From assembly GCA_041660105.1 (NCBI GenBank), contig JBAZWZ010000005.1:1-63159 (forward strand): 63,159 nucleotides of DNA. Reading direction: 5' to 3'. Every line of letters starts with the position of its first letter. The stretch's first letter is position 1. Shown piece after piece: positions 55,790 to 63,159 of this stretch. This DNA is from Minisyncoccota bacterium (GTDB lineage Bacteria > Patescibacteriota > Minisyncoccia > Phycocordibacterales > UBA1550). A program made the position numbers and the translations under genes. Below the pieces are notes generated by a model. That model was not told the DNA's origin. It was given only the letters and a program-made list of their open reading frames with translations, and made no database searches.

Positions 55790-56173
55790 CTACTTGTTCG
55801 CATTTGCACTGAGAGACTGTAGTATGCGCAATCGCTCCTCAGGAGACACGGTGCTTTTTGGAACTGTTTTTGTAAGGTCTTGTAGCACCTTCAACTTTGC
55901 ATCTTGCACTGAAGTATCCTTTGGTGTTGAAGACGCGAGGTCGGTCAAAATCTGCAACCTTTGCTCAGACGTAGTGGCTTTTGCCGACTGAGTGCCCGCT
56001 GGTTTTTCTGTAACTGCTGTATCTTGCTTGGTACCAGACTGCAATGCCTGATTTTGCGTATTAATAAAAGAACGAACTCCAGCAATAACTAACACCAACA
56101 CAACCACCCCCACTACGGTGGTTATTATTACAAACTTTTTATTACTACCATTTGTTGTATTTTCTGGTTCCAT
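55790..56173 (-). CDS. small membrane-anchored protein with repeated 'L..L' coiled segments
   Basis: 127 aa with a TM helix (VIITTVVGVVVLVLVIAGV). TGATACAAT lies 5 nt upstream of the ATG. Confidence 0.6.
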   Translation of the reverse strand: MEPENTTNGSNKKFVIITTVVGVVVLVLVIAGVRSFINTQNQALQSGTKQDTAVTEKPAGTQSAKATTSEQRLQILTDLASSTPKDTSVQDAKLKVLQDLTKTVPKSTVSPEERLRILQSLSANANK

Positions 56174-56216
56174 AGGACTATTGTATCACTTCGTTGCTTT
56201 TAGTACACAACAAATG

Positions 56217-56226
56217 TGTGGATAAC
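56217..56226 (-). promoter_or_regulatory. GTTATCCACA box
   Basis: Perfect 10-mer between hairpin 56231-56267 and the -10 of CDS 55790-56173. Confidence 0.5.
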
Positions 56227-56230
56227 CAAT

Positions 56231-56267
56231 AGTGGGGGGCGGGACGCGTAGCGTCCCGCCCCCCACT
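56231..56267 (-). terminator. GC hairpin (pair member with 55707-55748)
   Basis: AGTGGGGGGCGGGACGC-gta-GCGTCCCGCCCCCCACT, downstream of CDS 56318-57148. Confidence 0.65.
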
Positions 56268-56317
56268 TACTGCTTTAGACTTTTTGACTTTAAGACTTTG
56301 GACTTTACAGACTAATC

Positions 56318-57148
56318 TTACCTTATCTCATACGTAATCGTCACATTCGACGTGATCTGATTTTGTCCCTGAGGAAGCTCGGGGGCAGGGGAGCTTCCCG
56401 CTGCATCATACTTTGCGCTTGACATCATTTCGCGTGCGTAGATTGGATAGTTATTCCCCTCTGAGAATGAAACGACGCGCACAAGCGAAACCCCGAGGTC
56501 ACGTGCGAGCACTTCTGCTTTTGCCTTTGCTTTATCGATTGCCTGCTTGCGTGCCTCTGCTTGGAGTGCGTCTTCTTGATCGATAGCGAAGTTTGGACCC
56601 TGCATCTCGGTGACTCCTGCGCCCGCAAGACCATCAACGAGACCGTTCACAGACTCGAGATTGCGCACTTTTATATTAACAGTTTGAGAAACTTCGTAGC
56701 CGATGATCACCTGCTTGCCAGGGCGATACGCTGGGCAGCTAACTCCTGCGCAATATGGTGTCCCCTCCTGCCACTCATACTTTGGATATGAACTGTAGTT
56801 TTGAGTCTTGATATCCTTATCAGCAACACCAGACTTGCGAACGACGGCGAGTGCAGATTTCACCTTTACAGAAACTTTATCCTGAGCATCAGAAACTTTC
56901 TTTGACTCCTCGCGAACGGTGAAAGAAATGTTTGCAATATCTGGTGCTGCAAACACTTCGCCACTTCCTGAAACAGAGATCGTATTTGAAGAAGGAACTC
57001 CTCCGCCAATAAAACGATATCCCTTGACCTCAGAAATAATCATTGCCCCCGCGAGCACCGCACCGAGTAATGCGAGAATCGTGAGCGCTTGGAACAATTT
57101 CGAAACAGCTGTTTCGTGGCTTGGCCATAAACTTTTGTTGTTTTCCAT
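56318..57148 (-). CDS. SIMPL / DUF541 family periplasmic-type protein
   Basis: ..ISVSGSGEVFAAPDIANISFTV.. and ..GVTEMQGPNFAIDQEDALQAEARKQAIDKAKAKAE.. are typical of DUF541. The start is moved to MENNKSL (57148). Confidence 0.75.
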   Translation of the reverse strand: MENNKSLWPSHETAVSKLFQALTILALLGAVLAGAMIISEVKGYRFIGGGVPSSNTISVSGSGEVFAAPDIANISFTVREESKKVSDAQDKVSVKVKSALAVVRKSGVADKDIKTQNYSSYPKYEWQEGTPYCAGVSCPAYRPGKQVIIGYEVSQTVNIKVRNLESVNGLVDGLAGAGVTEMQGPNFAIDQEDALQAEARKQAIDKAKAKAEVLARDLGVSLVRVVSFSEGNNYPIYAREMMSSAKYDAAGSSPAPELPQGQNQITSNVTITYEIR

Positions 57149-57218
57149 AATAATGTAAGTAAATATTGTGAACCTAGTAATGTAGCTATTATACCATGAC
57201 GCACAAAAAGAATAATCC

Positions 57219-58523
57219 TTACTTCCCACTCAATATTCTCCTCGTTGCCTCCTTGTATGACTCCACATTCGGTTGATCAAATGCATTGATGTTGAGCTGG
57301 TTTGCGAGATGCATCACGGTACACATCATAAACTGGAGCAGCGCCCCAAGTGACTCGGGGTCGAGATCGGTGAGAGTAATTTCCCCATACGATATTCCGC
57401 GCTTCTGATACGTCTCGGTGACACCTTTATAAATAGCATCGAGGATCTCGCACGGGGAACGGCGGGACACGCCTTCAACAAGCGGTGCAAATACTTTGTC
57501 CTCTGCGAGAAACTGATGTTCCCAATGTGGCTCGTGTGCTCGCACGAGGAACCGCGCACTCACGTGGGGTTGTGCGAGATTCATCTGCTCTACGGAGTGA
57601 AGGTCTGTGGAGCCGATTGATACCGTCGGCACCATACGATGCGTCGTAGGCACACCATCCCTCGTTGTCTCCTTGCCAATACTTTCTGCAAAGAGCTGAC
57701 GATACCATTTACCTACCGACTCAAGCTCAGGATGAAATACAAAGAAGTCGTAGACGACCGCGCCCTTCTCGTGCCATGCGATGATATCCTGTGCTGCGCG
57801 AAATGCATTACTCTCTACCCCTCTCTCAATAGTGTCGTCGATTGCTGACTGCGCTCCGCGCATAAGTGGCGCAACATCCATCCCCGCACAGAGAAGCGGG
57901 AAAACTCCCGCAGGAGAAAACACTGAGTAGCGACCGCCCACTTTTTTTGGCACGGGGAGCAGATGAAAACCTTGCTTCTCCCCCATATCCCAGAGCGGCG
58001 AATGTTCATCGGTGATGCATACGATACGGTCCGCAACAGAACCAAACTTTTCTTCGAGCGCATGCACGAGGACAGATGCGTTCGTGATTGTTTCAGTCGT
58101 CGCGCCTGACTTACTTGCGACAATAATAATAATTTCTTCTTTCTCCATGAGTTCATTCACAAGGAGCTCAGTGATGTCAGAGAGAAGCTCCGGCGAGCAC
58201 GTGTCTGCAAAAAGCATTTTTGGCGCAAAAGGCGTATGAGGATCCATCACGCCCGCGGTCGCTTCATAGAGTGCCTTTGCACCAAGGTTCGAACCACCGA
58301 TACCGATATCGAGAATGTACGAAAGCTTTGGTCCTGCGAGCTTTGACGCGAGCGTTTTTGATTTCTTGAGAAGCTCCTCGTCAAAAGGCAGACGGAGTGA
58401 CGCCTCGGGAAGCGAGTATGTGCTGTCGCTCATTGCGCCACGCATCGTCGCTACATACTCCTCTACGCGTGCTGTATCAACACTTTTTTGTTCTTCATCT
58501 TTATGGTATCCCTGATATTTCAT
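57219..58523 (-). CDS. pgi: glucose-6-phosphate isomerase
   Basis: SIS-domain blocks (DIGIGGSNLG, IVASKSGATTET, PVPKKVGGRYSVFS, GSTDLHSVEQ). Confidence 0.9.
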   Translation of the reverse strand: MKYQGYHKDEEQKSVDTARVEEYVATMRGAMSDSTYSLPEASLRLPFDEELLKKSKTLASKLAGPKLSYILDIGIGGSNLGAKALYEATAGVMDPHTPFAPKMLFADTCSPELLSDITELLVNELMEKEEIIIIVASKSGATTETITNASVLVHALEEKFGSVADRIVCITDEHSPLWDMGEKQGFHLLPVPKKVGGRYSVFSPAGVFPLLCAGMDVAPLMRGAQSAIDDTIERGVESNAFRAAQDIIAWHEKGAVVYDFFVFHPELESVGKWYRQLFAESIGKETTRDGVPTTHRMVPTVSIGSTDLHSVEQMNLAQPHVSARFLVRAHEPHWEHQFLAEDKVFAPLVEGVSRRSPCEILDAIYKGVTETYQKRGISYGEITLTDLDPESLGALLQFMMCTVMHLANQLNINAFDQPNVESYKEATRRILSGK

Positions 58524-58587
58524 AGTATCTACATTCTATCCCAAAAATGCGCACAGTGCGAATTTATATTGGATCGTGTCACTTCTT

Positions 58588-58639
58588 CCCTCTTATGTAC
58601 CTATTTTATACTATCGTATAAAATAGGTACATAAGAGGG
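58588..58639. repeat. 52-nt perfect palindrome (24-bp arms) between the PaaX/Cas2-fold gene and pgi
   Basis: CCCTCTTATGTACCTATTTTATAC-tatc-GTATAAAATAGGTACATAAGAGGG. Confidence 0.9.
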
Positions 58640-58683
58640 TGTGGGGGCAAAACAATGAAAGGGGCGGGATGCTTGGGAAGCAA

Positions 58684-59235
58684 TTATATTTTAAAAACTT
58701 TCTTGAGAGCTTCAGAGTTTTCTATTTCACTAGCAACGATAATACGGAGGTGATCGCGTACTTTGAAACACTCGCCAATCAAATCAATTTCCTTCTCACA
58801 CGGAAACGGGATGACGAAAACTGACTTTTGATACTGCACAAAACCAAGTCTTTTCAATGCAAAGTTGATTGCACGTCGAGCCTGCAATATTTCTTCTGGC
58901 ACATCAAACATTACAATGCGCCACTTTTTATCCCACGTTTTTTGTGATGCAATTTTTATTTTTGCTATCGCATAACGCATCGCTTTCTCTCTCCCCTTTT
59001 CTGTCAGCACATAGAGCCCACGTTCGTTACCTTTAAATTCAACAAAACCACCACGTCTGAGTCCTTCTATTGCCCGCTTGATCTTGACTCTCTCGGAAGT
59101 ATCTTTGGGTTTAAAATATTTGAACAGTTGAACCGCATTCGGCATTGTAGCAGCAACTGCGACCACCCCCACCACCAGAAGAGTCCCGAGTATTATTTCT
59201 GCTATTTCTCCTTTTTCGAATTTTTTCATATTCAC
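58684..59235 (-). CDS. PaaX / Cas2-fold regulator-like protein with an N-terminal TM helix
   Basis: TM helix (IILGTLLVVGVVAVAA), a wHTH-like middle (RAIEGLRRGGFVEF..LTEKGREKA), and a C-terminus WDKKWRIVMFDVPEE...R..I...LKRLGFVQYQKSVFVIP typical of PaaX_C / Cas2-like ferredoxin folds. Confidence 0.5.
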   Translation of the reverse strand: MNMKKFEKGEIAEIILGTLLVVGVVAVAATMPNAVQLFKYFKPKDTSERVKIKRAIEGLRRGGFVEFKGNERGLYVLTEKGREKAMRYAIAKIKIASQKTWDKKWRIVMFDVPEEILQARRAINFALKRLGFVQYQKSVFVIPFPCEKEIDLIGECFKVRDHLRIIVASEIENSEALKKVFKI

Positions 59236-59237
59236 TT

Positions 59238-59281
59238 ACTATGTACCTATATTATACTATAGTATGGGATAGGTACATAGT
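59238..59281. repeat. nested palindrome related to 58588-58639, at the promoter of CDS 58684-59235
   Basis: ACTATGTACCTAT-att-ATACTATAGTAT-ggg-ATAGGTACATAGT. Confidence 0.85.
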
Positions 59282-59412
59282 GGAAAAATATCAAATCAAC
59301 AACCCTTAGACTAGAGAGGAATGAGTATCAAAACAAGGACAAGGAACGAGGAGTCAGGACTTCGAGAATGGAACTTCCCAAGTCTTGCGAACCTTGGTAT
59401 TATAGGAGCACT

Positions 59413-60084
59413 ATGGATACACAAAAAAGAATTATTGTTTGGTTTTCAGCAGCATTGGTCGTTATTATTGCAGCAGTGGGTGCTTATCAGGTTGCCAATG
59501 GTCCTCGTGCTGAGCTACGAAAGACGGATGGCACACTCAGCACTCCTATTGATGCGACTGACTGGACCAAAGGTTCAAAGACTCCAAAGGTTACATTCCT
59601 AGAATACAGCGATTTCCAGTGCCCTGCTTGTGGCGCGTATAATCCTCTTCTTGAAGAAATGTACGCAAAATACAAGAACGTTATTTCATTTACCTATCGA
59701 CACTTCCCTCTTCCACAGCATCCCAACGCGCTCCCTGCAGCCTACGCATCTGAGGCCGCTGGCGCGCAGGGTAAATTCTGGGAGATGAAGGATATGCTTT
59801 TTACCAAACAAGCTGAGTGGTCAGAGAGCAAAGATGTTGCTACTGTTTTCGAAGGCTACGCGCGAGAGCTCGGACTTGATATCGCAAAATACAACGTTGA
59901 TGTAGTGAGCGAGGCGACAAAAGCACGTGTTGAAGCCAACGTTAAGAGTGGTACACTTTCATCTATCAACCACACACCGACTTTCTTCATCAATGGCAAA
60001 ATGATTGAGAATCCAGAGTCTCCGGAAGAATTGTATGCTCTCATTGATACTGCGATAGCTTCTTCGACACCGAAAACAAACTAA
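59413..60084 (+). CDS. DsbA-like thioredoxin-fold thiol:disulfide oxidoreductase
   Basis: N-terminal TM anchor, CPAC active site (FQCPACG), and the FFINGK cis-Pro-loop region. The ATG at 59413 is preceded by AGGAG. Confidence 0.85.
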   Translation: MDTQKRIIVWFSAALVVIIAAVGAYQVANGPRAELRKTDGTLSTPIDATDWTKGSKTPKVTFLEYSDFQCPACGAYNPLLEEMYAKYKNVISFTYRHFPLPQHPNALPAAYASEAAGAQGKFWEMKDMLFTKQAEWSESKDVATVFEGYARELGLDIAKYNVDVVSEATKARVEANVKSGTLSSINHTPTFFINGKMIENPESPEELYALIDTAIASSTPKTN

Positions 60085-60103
60085 ACCAAAACTTCACTTC
60101 TCA

Positions 60104-60568
60104 ATGTTCAACTATAAAGAAATAATAAATACCAAATTCGCAGGGCAAATTCCGAGCTGGCTCATCTGGTCTATTGTAATCCTCTCGCTCGTCGGCTTCA
60201 CGGATGCGGCGTTCCTCCTCGCAAAGCGTTTGTCGGGCACACCCATCCCCTGCTTCATCACTACAGGATGTGACGAGGTTTCAAAATCCCCTTACTCTGT
60301 AATGTTTGGCGTGCCCTTGTCTCTGTGGGGCGTCCTCTTTTATCTCGGCACGGGATTTCTCGCGATACTCTACGCTGATACAAAAAACTTTTTTGTCGCG
60401 AGACTCATCCCCGTCGCAACAACGCTTGGCTTTCTCTCATCGTGCTACTTCATCTATGTACAAAAATTTCTCATCGGCGCATTTTGTATCTACTGTATTT
60501 TGTCAGCACTTATTGCAACGATTCTTTTTGTGTTGGGAATTATTTTCTATAGAAGGCTAAGAAGTTAG
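60104..60568 (+). CDS. vitamin K epoxide reductase (VKOR) family membrane protein
   Basis: 4 TM helices, loop Cys pair (PCFITTGCDEV), active-site CxxC (CIYC), and the S.YS motif. It is adjacent to the DsbA-like gene. Confidence 0.85.
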   Translation: MFNYKEIINTKFAGQIPSWLIWSIVILSLVGFTDAAFLLAKRLSGTPIPCFITTGCDEVSKSPYSVMFGVPLSLWGVLFYLGTGFLAILYADTKNFFVARLIPVATTLGFLSSCYFIYVQKFLIGAFCIYCILSALIATILFVLGIIFYRRLRS

Positions 60569-60618
60569 CTGTAACCAAACAGTCCACGATTCGGTGAATC
60601 GTGGACTGTTTGGTTTTA

Positions 60619-61233
60619 CTAAAATCCTAGTTTCTCCTTCACAAGAATGAGGGTGATGTGGCGGTTGGGCATTATTTCACGTTCGAATACGAGCACGCGT
60701 CCAATAGTGCTTCCTGGCGCGCCCGTGCTTTGCATACGCTTATTCTCTAGTGGAAACACATAGTCCTCAATACGCTTGAAAGCTGCTTCACGGTCTGGGA
60801 CAATCTTGTGCGCTCCCGCTACCCAGATGACATTGTTCGAAGTGAATGCATAGCTTGGAATCTGGCTTCCCGACGCTGATGCGTCGAGTACTTGCCCCGC
60901 CTCAGTGATGGCGTGCACAGAGCCGAGGAAATAATCAGCGAGGACGGACTCTTTGCGGAGCTTTGATTTCTTCTCTTTGTCTTCTTCTTTCAAAATATTT
61001 TCATGCACATTGTTCCATCCGTGCGAGCCCGATTTGAGGTACTCAATGAAACCGATTTCTTGCAAAGTTGTTGACGAGCCATTCATCACCGAGCCACCTG
61101 CGGGGATAAGCTTCTTCACTTCTTCGAGTGCTTGCTCTTTCGTATCTACGACAATGGCGGACACATTGCGCTCTTTGAGATTTGCGATTACTTTTGCAAT
61201 AACTTCATCCGACGCGATTTGTTCGTAGTGCAT
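60619..61233 (-). CDS. LUD-domain (DUF162, LutC/YkgG-like) protein
   Basis: 204 aa with ..GGSVMNGSSTTLQEIG.. and ..AITEAGQVLDASASGSQ.. patterns as in LUD_dom proteins. Confidence 0.55.
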   Translation of the reverse strand: MHYEQIASDEVIAKVIANLKERNVSAIVVDTKEQALEEVKKLIPAGGSVMNGSSTTLQEIGFIEYLKSGSHGWNNVHENILKEEDKEKKSKLRKESVLADYFLGSVHAITEAGQVLDASASGSQIPSYAFTSNNVIWVAGAHKIVPDREAAFKRIEDYVFPLENKRMQSTGAPGSTIGRVLVFEREIMPNRHITLILVKEKLGF

Positions 61234-61245
61234 GTGTATATATTA

Positions 61246-62097
61246 TTAATTATTACCTTCAAACAATGTTGGCTCCTCAACTTCGCGCATATTAATGGAA
61301 ACAATAAGGAGGAACACGAGGAACGTAAAGTATGAGGGGAGGAACAACACACCAAGCGCATTCAAAAAAGTTTTGAGCGCGAGCGCGGGGACGATAGCGT
61401 ACAAGCTCATCTTGTATGCAGACGCATATGAAAGTGGTGACCTCTTGATATATGCGATGAGTTTTGGAACAAGCGCAAAGAGGGTGAGGGGAAGAAGGTA
61501 CATCAGATACCCAAGGAAGACTGCGATAAATGAGATTGCCAGACCAGCAACGACAATCGTTCCCAAATAATTTTGGATATTCGTAACCCATGACACGAGT
61601 GTGTCTTGGCTGATAGTTGCTGTAAAGGCACGCCCGACAGGCTGGATAGTGATTGAGTTATTCTGTCCCCTCGTCACAATATCTGTCTTGGTAAGGAGGG
61701 CGTACGTGTTGTACTCTACGAATTTTTGTTTATCAAATTCTTGAGTCGTATCGATGACGAGCATATTTCGCACCGCATCAGTCGTTGTTGCTATTGATAA
61801 GTCTTTCAAAGGAACAAAGTATGGCATTGCGACATTTGCAGAGGCCACACCTTTGTCAATGTTGACCGTGAGCTCTTGTGGGTAGTACTCTTGCACGAGA
61901 GATGGGGCGCGTTCGGTTACAAATTTGATCCCTTGAGGAACGACAAATATTCCGAGCACTGCAACGAGAAATAGCGAAAGAAGGAGGACCATCTTTGTGT
62001 AATATTTCAGAATTTTTGGAAAAGAATCGTTTGTTGCTTCTTTGTAAAAAGACGGGTTGTAAATACTCTTTTTAAATGTTTCAAAAATGGTTTTCAT
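61246..62097 (-). CDS. DUF1189-like multi-pass membrane protein
   Basis: 283 aa with the N-terminal F..FKKSIYNP.FY motif and about 6 TM helices. Confidence 0.5.
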   Translation of the reverse strand: MKTIFETFKKSIYNPSFYKEATNDSFPKILKYYTKMVLLLSLFLVAVLGIFVVPQGIKFVTERAPSLVQEYYPQELTVNIDKGVASANVAMPYFVPLKDLSIATTTDAVRNMLVIDTTQEFDKQKFVEYNTYALLTKTDIVTRGQNNSITIQPVGRAFTATISQDTLVSWVTNIQNYLGTIVVAGLAISFIAVFLGYLMYLLPLTLFALVPKLIAYIKRSPLSYASAYKMSLYAIVPALALKTFLNALGVLFLPSYFTFLVFLLIVSINMREVEEPTLFEGNN

Positions 62098-62130
62098 ATT
62101 ATATATTATACCTTATGAGTCCTTTCTAGA

Positions 62131-62505
62131 CTACTCTGTCTTTAAATCCCGTGCACCTAATGCGAGAGAAAACGCCATCATTGAAATTGCAATGTCGCGA
62201 AACAGAATTTCAAAATTATTATAATTAAACAATACAATAGAAACAAGAAGAAACGCTGCAAAGAGTGAGGGGTAAAAAATTTTCTTTCCCGAGAGTATCC
62301 ATAGAGCGATGATTACTTCCATAAATGCAAACCCGTGGAGCATCACGAGGTCAGGAGCATCCCCGCGCATAAACTTTGGGAAATACCCGATCCAAGTGTA
62401 TGGATTAAAGATCCCATCAATCGCAGGAAAAAGAAAGGCGAATGCAACACCAATCCTCAATAACAAATTGGGAGCTTTATAAAAATTCATTTTATGGAAG
62501 AACAA
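62131..62505 (-). CDS. small DoxX-like membrane protein
   Basis: 124 aa with 4 TM helices. Confidence 0.45.
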   Translation of the reverse strand: MFFHKMNFYKAPNLLLRIGVAFAFLFPAIDGIFNPYTWIGYFPKFMRGDAPDLVMLHGFAFMEVIIALWILSGKKIFYPSLFAAFLLVSIVLFNYNNFEILFRDIAISMMAFSLALGARDLKTE

Positions 62506-62944
62506 TGATCATCCCCGTATCATTTGGACTCACATGGTTATGATATCCCCACTTACCCGCGTCAGTAAATGCAAACGAGTATGTTGAGCTTGAAGAGCAC
62601 TGGTCAAATGCTGTCTTTGCAGTGTCGGGACAGTGCGCAGTGCGACTCGTCCCACTGTATTCAATATGAGTTGGATGAGCGTTAGAAGCAACCCACATAC
62701 GACTACCGTCAGCACTAGTGAAAGTAACCGTCCCTCCTTGTTTAATAACTACTACGCTCGGAGAAAATCCGCCTGCAGTATATTGAACAGATGCACTCAT
62801 TTGAGCAGATGATTGCGTTACGGGAGTACTATCCCCTGTGTTTGAAATTGGTGCATTCGCGCGAGGGATTGAAAAAATAAACCACCCAGCAATCGCAATA
62901 AGAACAGCAATCAACGACAACGAAATTCCAATTGTTTTATTCAT
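62492..62944 (-). CDS. membrane-anchored cupredoxin-like protein
   Basis: 150 aa with a signal anchor. The sequence ..VVIKQGGTVTFTS....WVASN.HPTH.....C......GKWGYHNH.....G.I.V resembles EfeO-type cupredoxin-like domains. Confidence 0.45.
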   Translation of the reverse strand: MNKTIGISLSLIAVLIAIAGWFIFSIPRANAPISNTGDSTPVTQSSAQMSASVQYTAGGFSPSVVVIKQGGTVTFTSADGSRMWVASNAHPTHIEYSGTSRTAHCPDTAKTAFDQCSSSSTYSFAFTDAGKWGYHNHVSPNDTGMIIVLP

Positions 62945-63063
62945 TTAATTTGTAAGGAATAGGCACTCTGTTAATACTATAAGTTTAACACTTTTACACA
63001 AAAAAAATAGTACCGATCTGGCATTTCGCTACTACGTATTCCAACCAATAGCTTGGAAACACT

Positions 63064-63159
63064 TTAGTTAATTAATTCTCTTGGCGTTTGGCACGAAATC
63101 CCCAAATGAAGGCGTTCGTTGTTGTAGTATGTCATATATTTTTTGAGTGCGCCATTAAA
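63064..63159 (-). CDS. C-terminal end of an rve (DDE integrase-core) transposase, 5'-truncated by the window edge
   Basis: The minus strand reads FNGALKKYMTYYNNERLHLGISCQTPRELIN*. The YYN.ER.H..L....P motif is the usual C-terminal tail of IS3/IS481-type transposases. Confidence 0.7.
   Translation of the reverse strand, partial: FNGALKKYMTYYNNERLHLGISCQTPRELIN

Noticed and set aside
4405-56312. CRISPR array, prompted by the many short direct repeats
   Set aside because: The repeats are 7-8-nt tandem arrays without spacers, or single dispersed hairpins. There is no 25-40-nt repeat alternating with unique spacers, and no cas genes. The Cas2-fold-like gene at 58684 is a PaaX-type regulator-like protein with a TM helix.
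62945-63063. tRNA or other small RNA gene in the spacers (also checked 17303-17712, 43027-43112, 49003-49140, 50491-50647, 52959-53159)
   Set aside because: No cloverleaf-compatible sequence (no GTTCGAATC-type T-arm, no acceptor/T-stem pairing) was seen in any intergenic region. The structures present are terminators or the repeats described above.

Overview
This 63-kb chromosomal segment looks like a small-genome Patescibacteria/CPR (Parcubacteria-like) bacterium. That placement is inference from gene content and architecture, not a database hit. About 90% of genes are on the minus strand. The left end is a stand-alone 23S rRNA gene with no 16S nearby. It has its own consensus promoter, a ~440-nt leader and an 18-bp flanking processing stem. 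It is interrupted by a group I intron at the classic U2593 site and by a ~487-nt insertion at the tip of helix 63. The rest is mostly housekeeping: rplJ-rplL, ftsK, recA, efp, rpsF-ssb-rpsR, tatD, metG, glyQS, recO, ileS, argS, a tmk/dut/dCMP-deaminase/dcd/thyA pyrimidine block, rplK-nusG-secE, pgi and dsbA-VKOR. Interleaved are accessory surface genes: a 1682-aa lipase/beta-helix giant protein, an 1153-aa PG-binding S-layer-like protein, and a tail-fibre-like protein split at a G8 tract. There is also a RAYT-type HUH transposase with a REP-like hairpin cluster, and a truncated rve-type transposase at the right edge. The most unusual single feature is an apparently intact histidine-phosphatase domain inserted in-frame inside IleRS. 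The non-coding space is unusually organised. It holds a 67-nt covarying hairpin element (3 copies, one inside the rRNA intron) and an 87-nt element inserted in both spacers of the rpsF-ssb-rpsR operon. It also holds five identical GTTATCCACA boxes upstream of promoters, near-identical hairpins bracketing single genes, short tandem motifs that also occur in-frame inside ileS and ftsK, and many apparently leaderless promoters. No tRNA, CRISPR array or recognisable defence system was seen. All homology statements come from reading motifs by eye. Hand-derived coordinates may be off by 1-2 nt.
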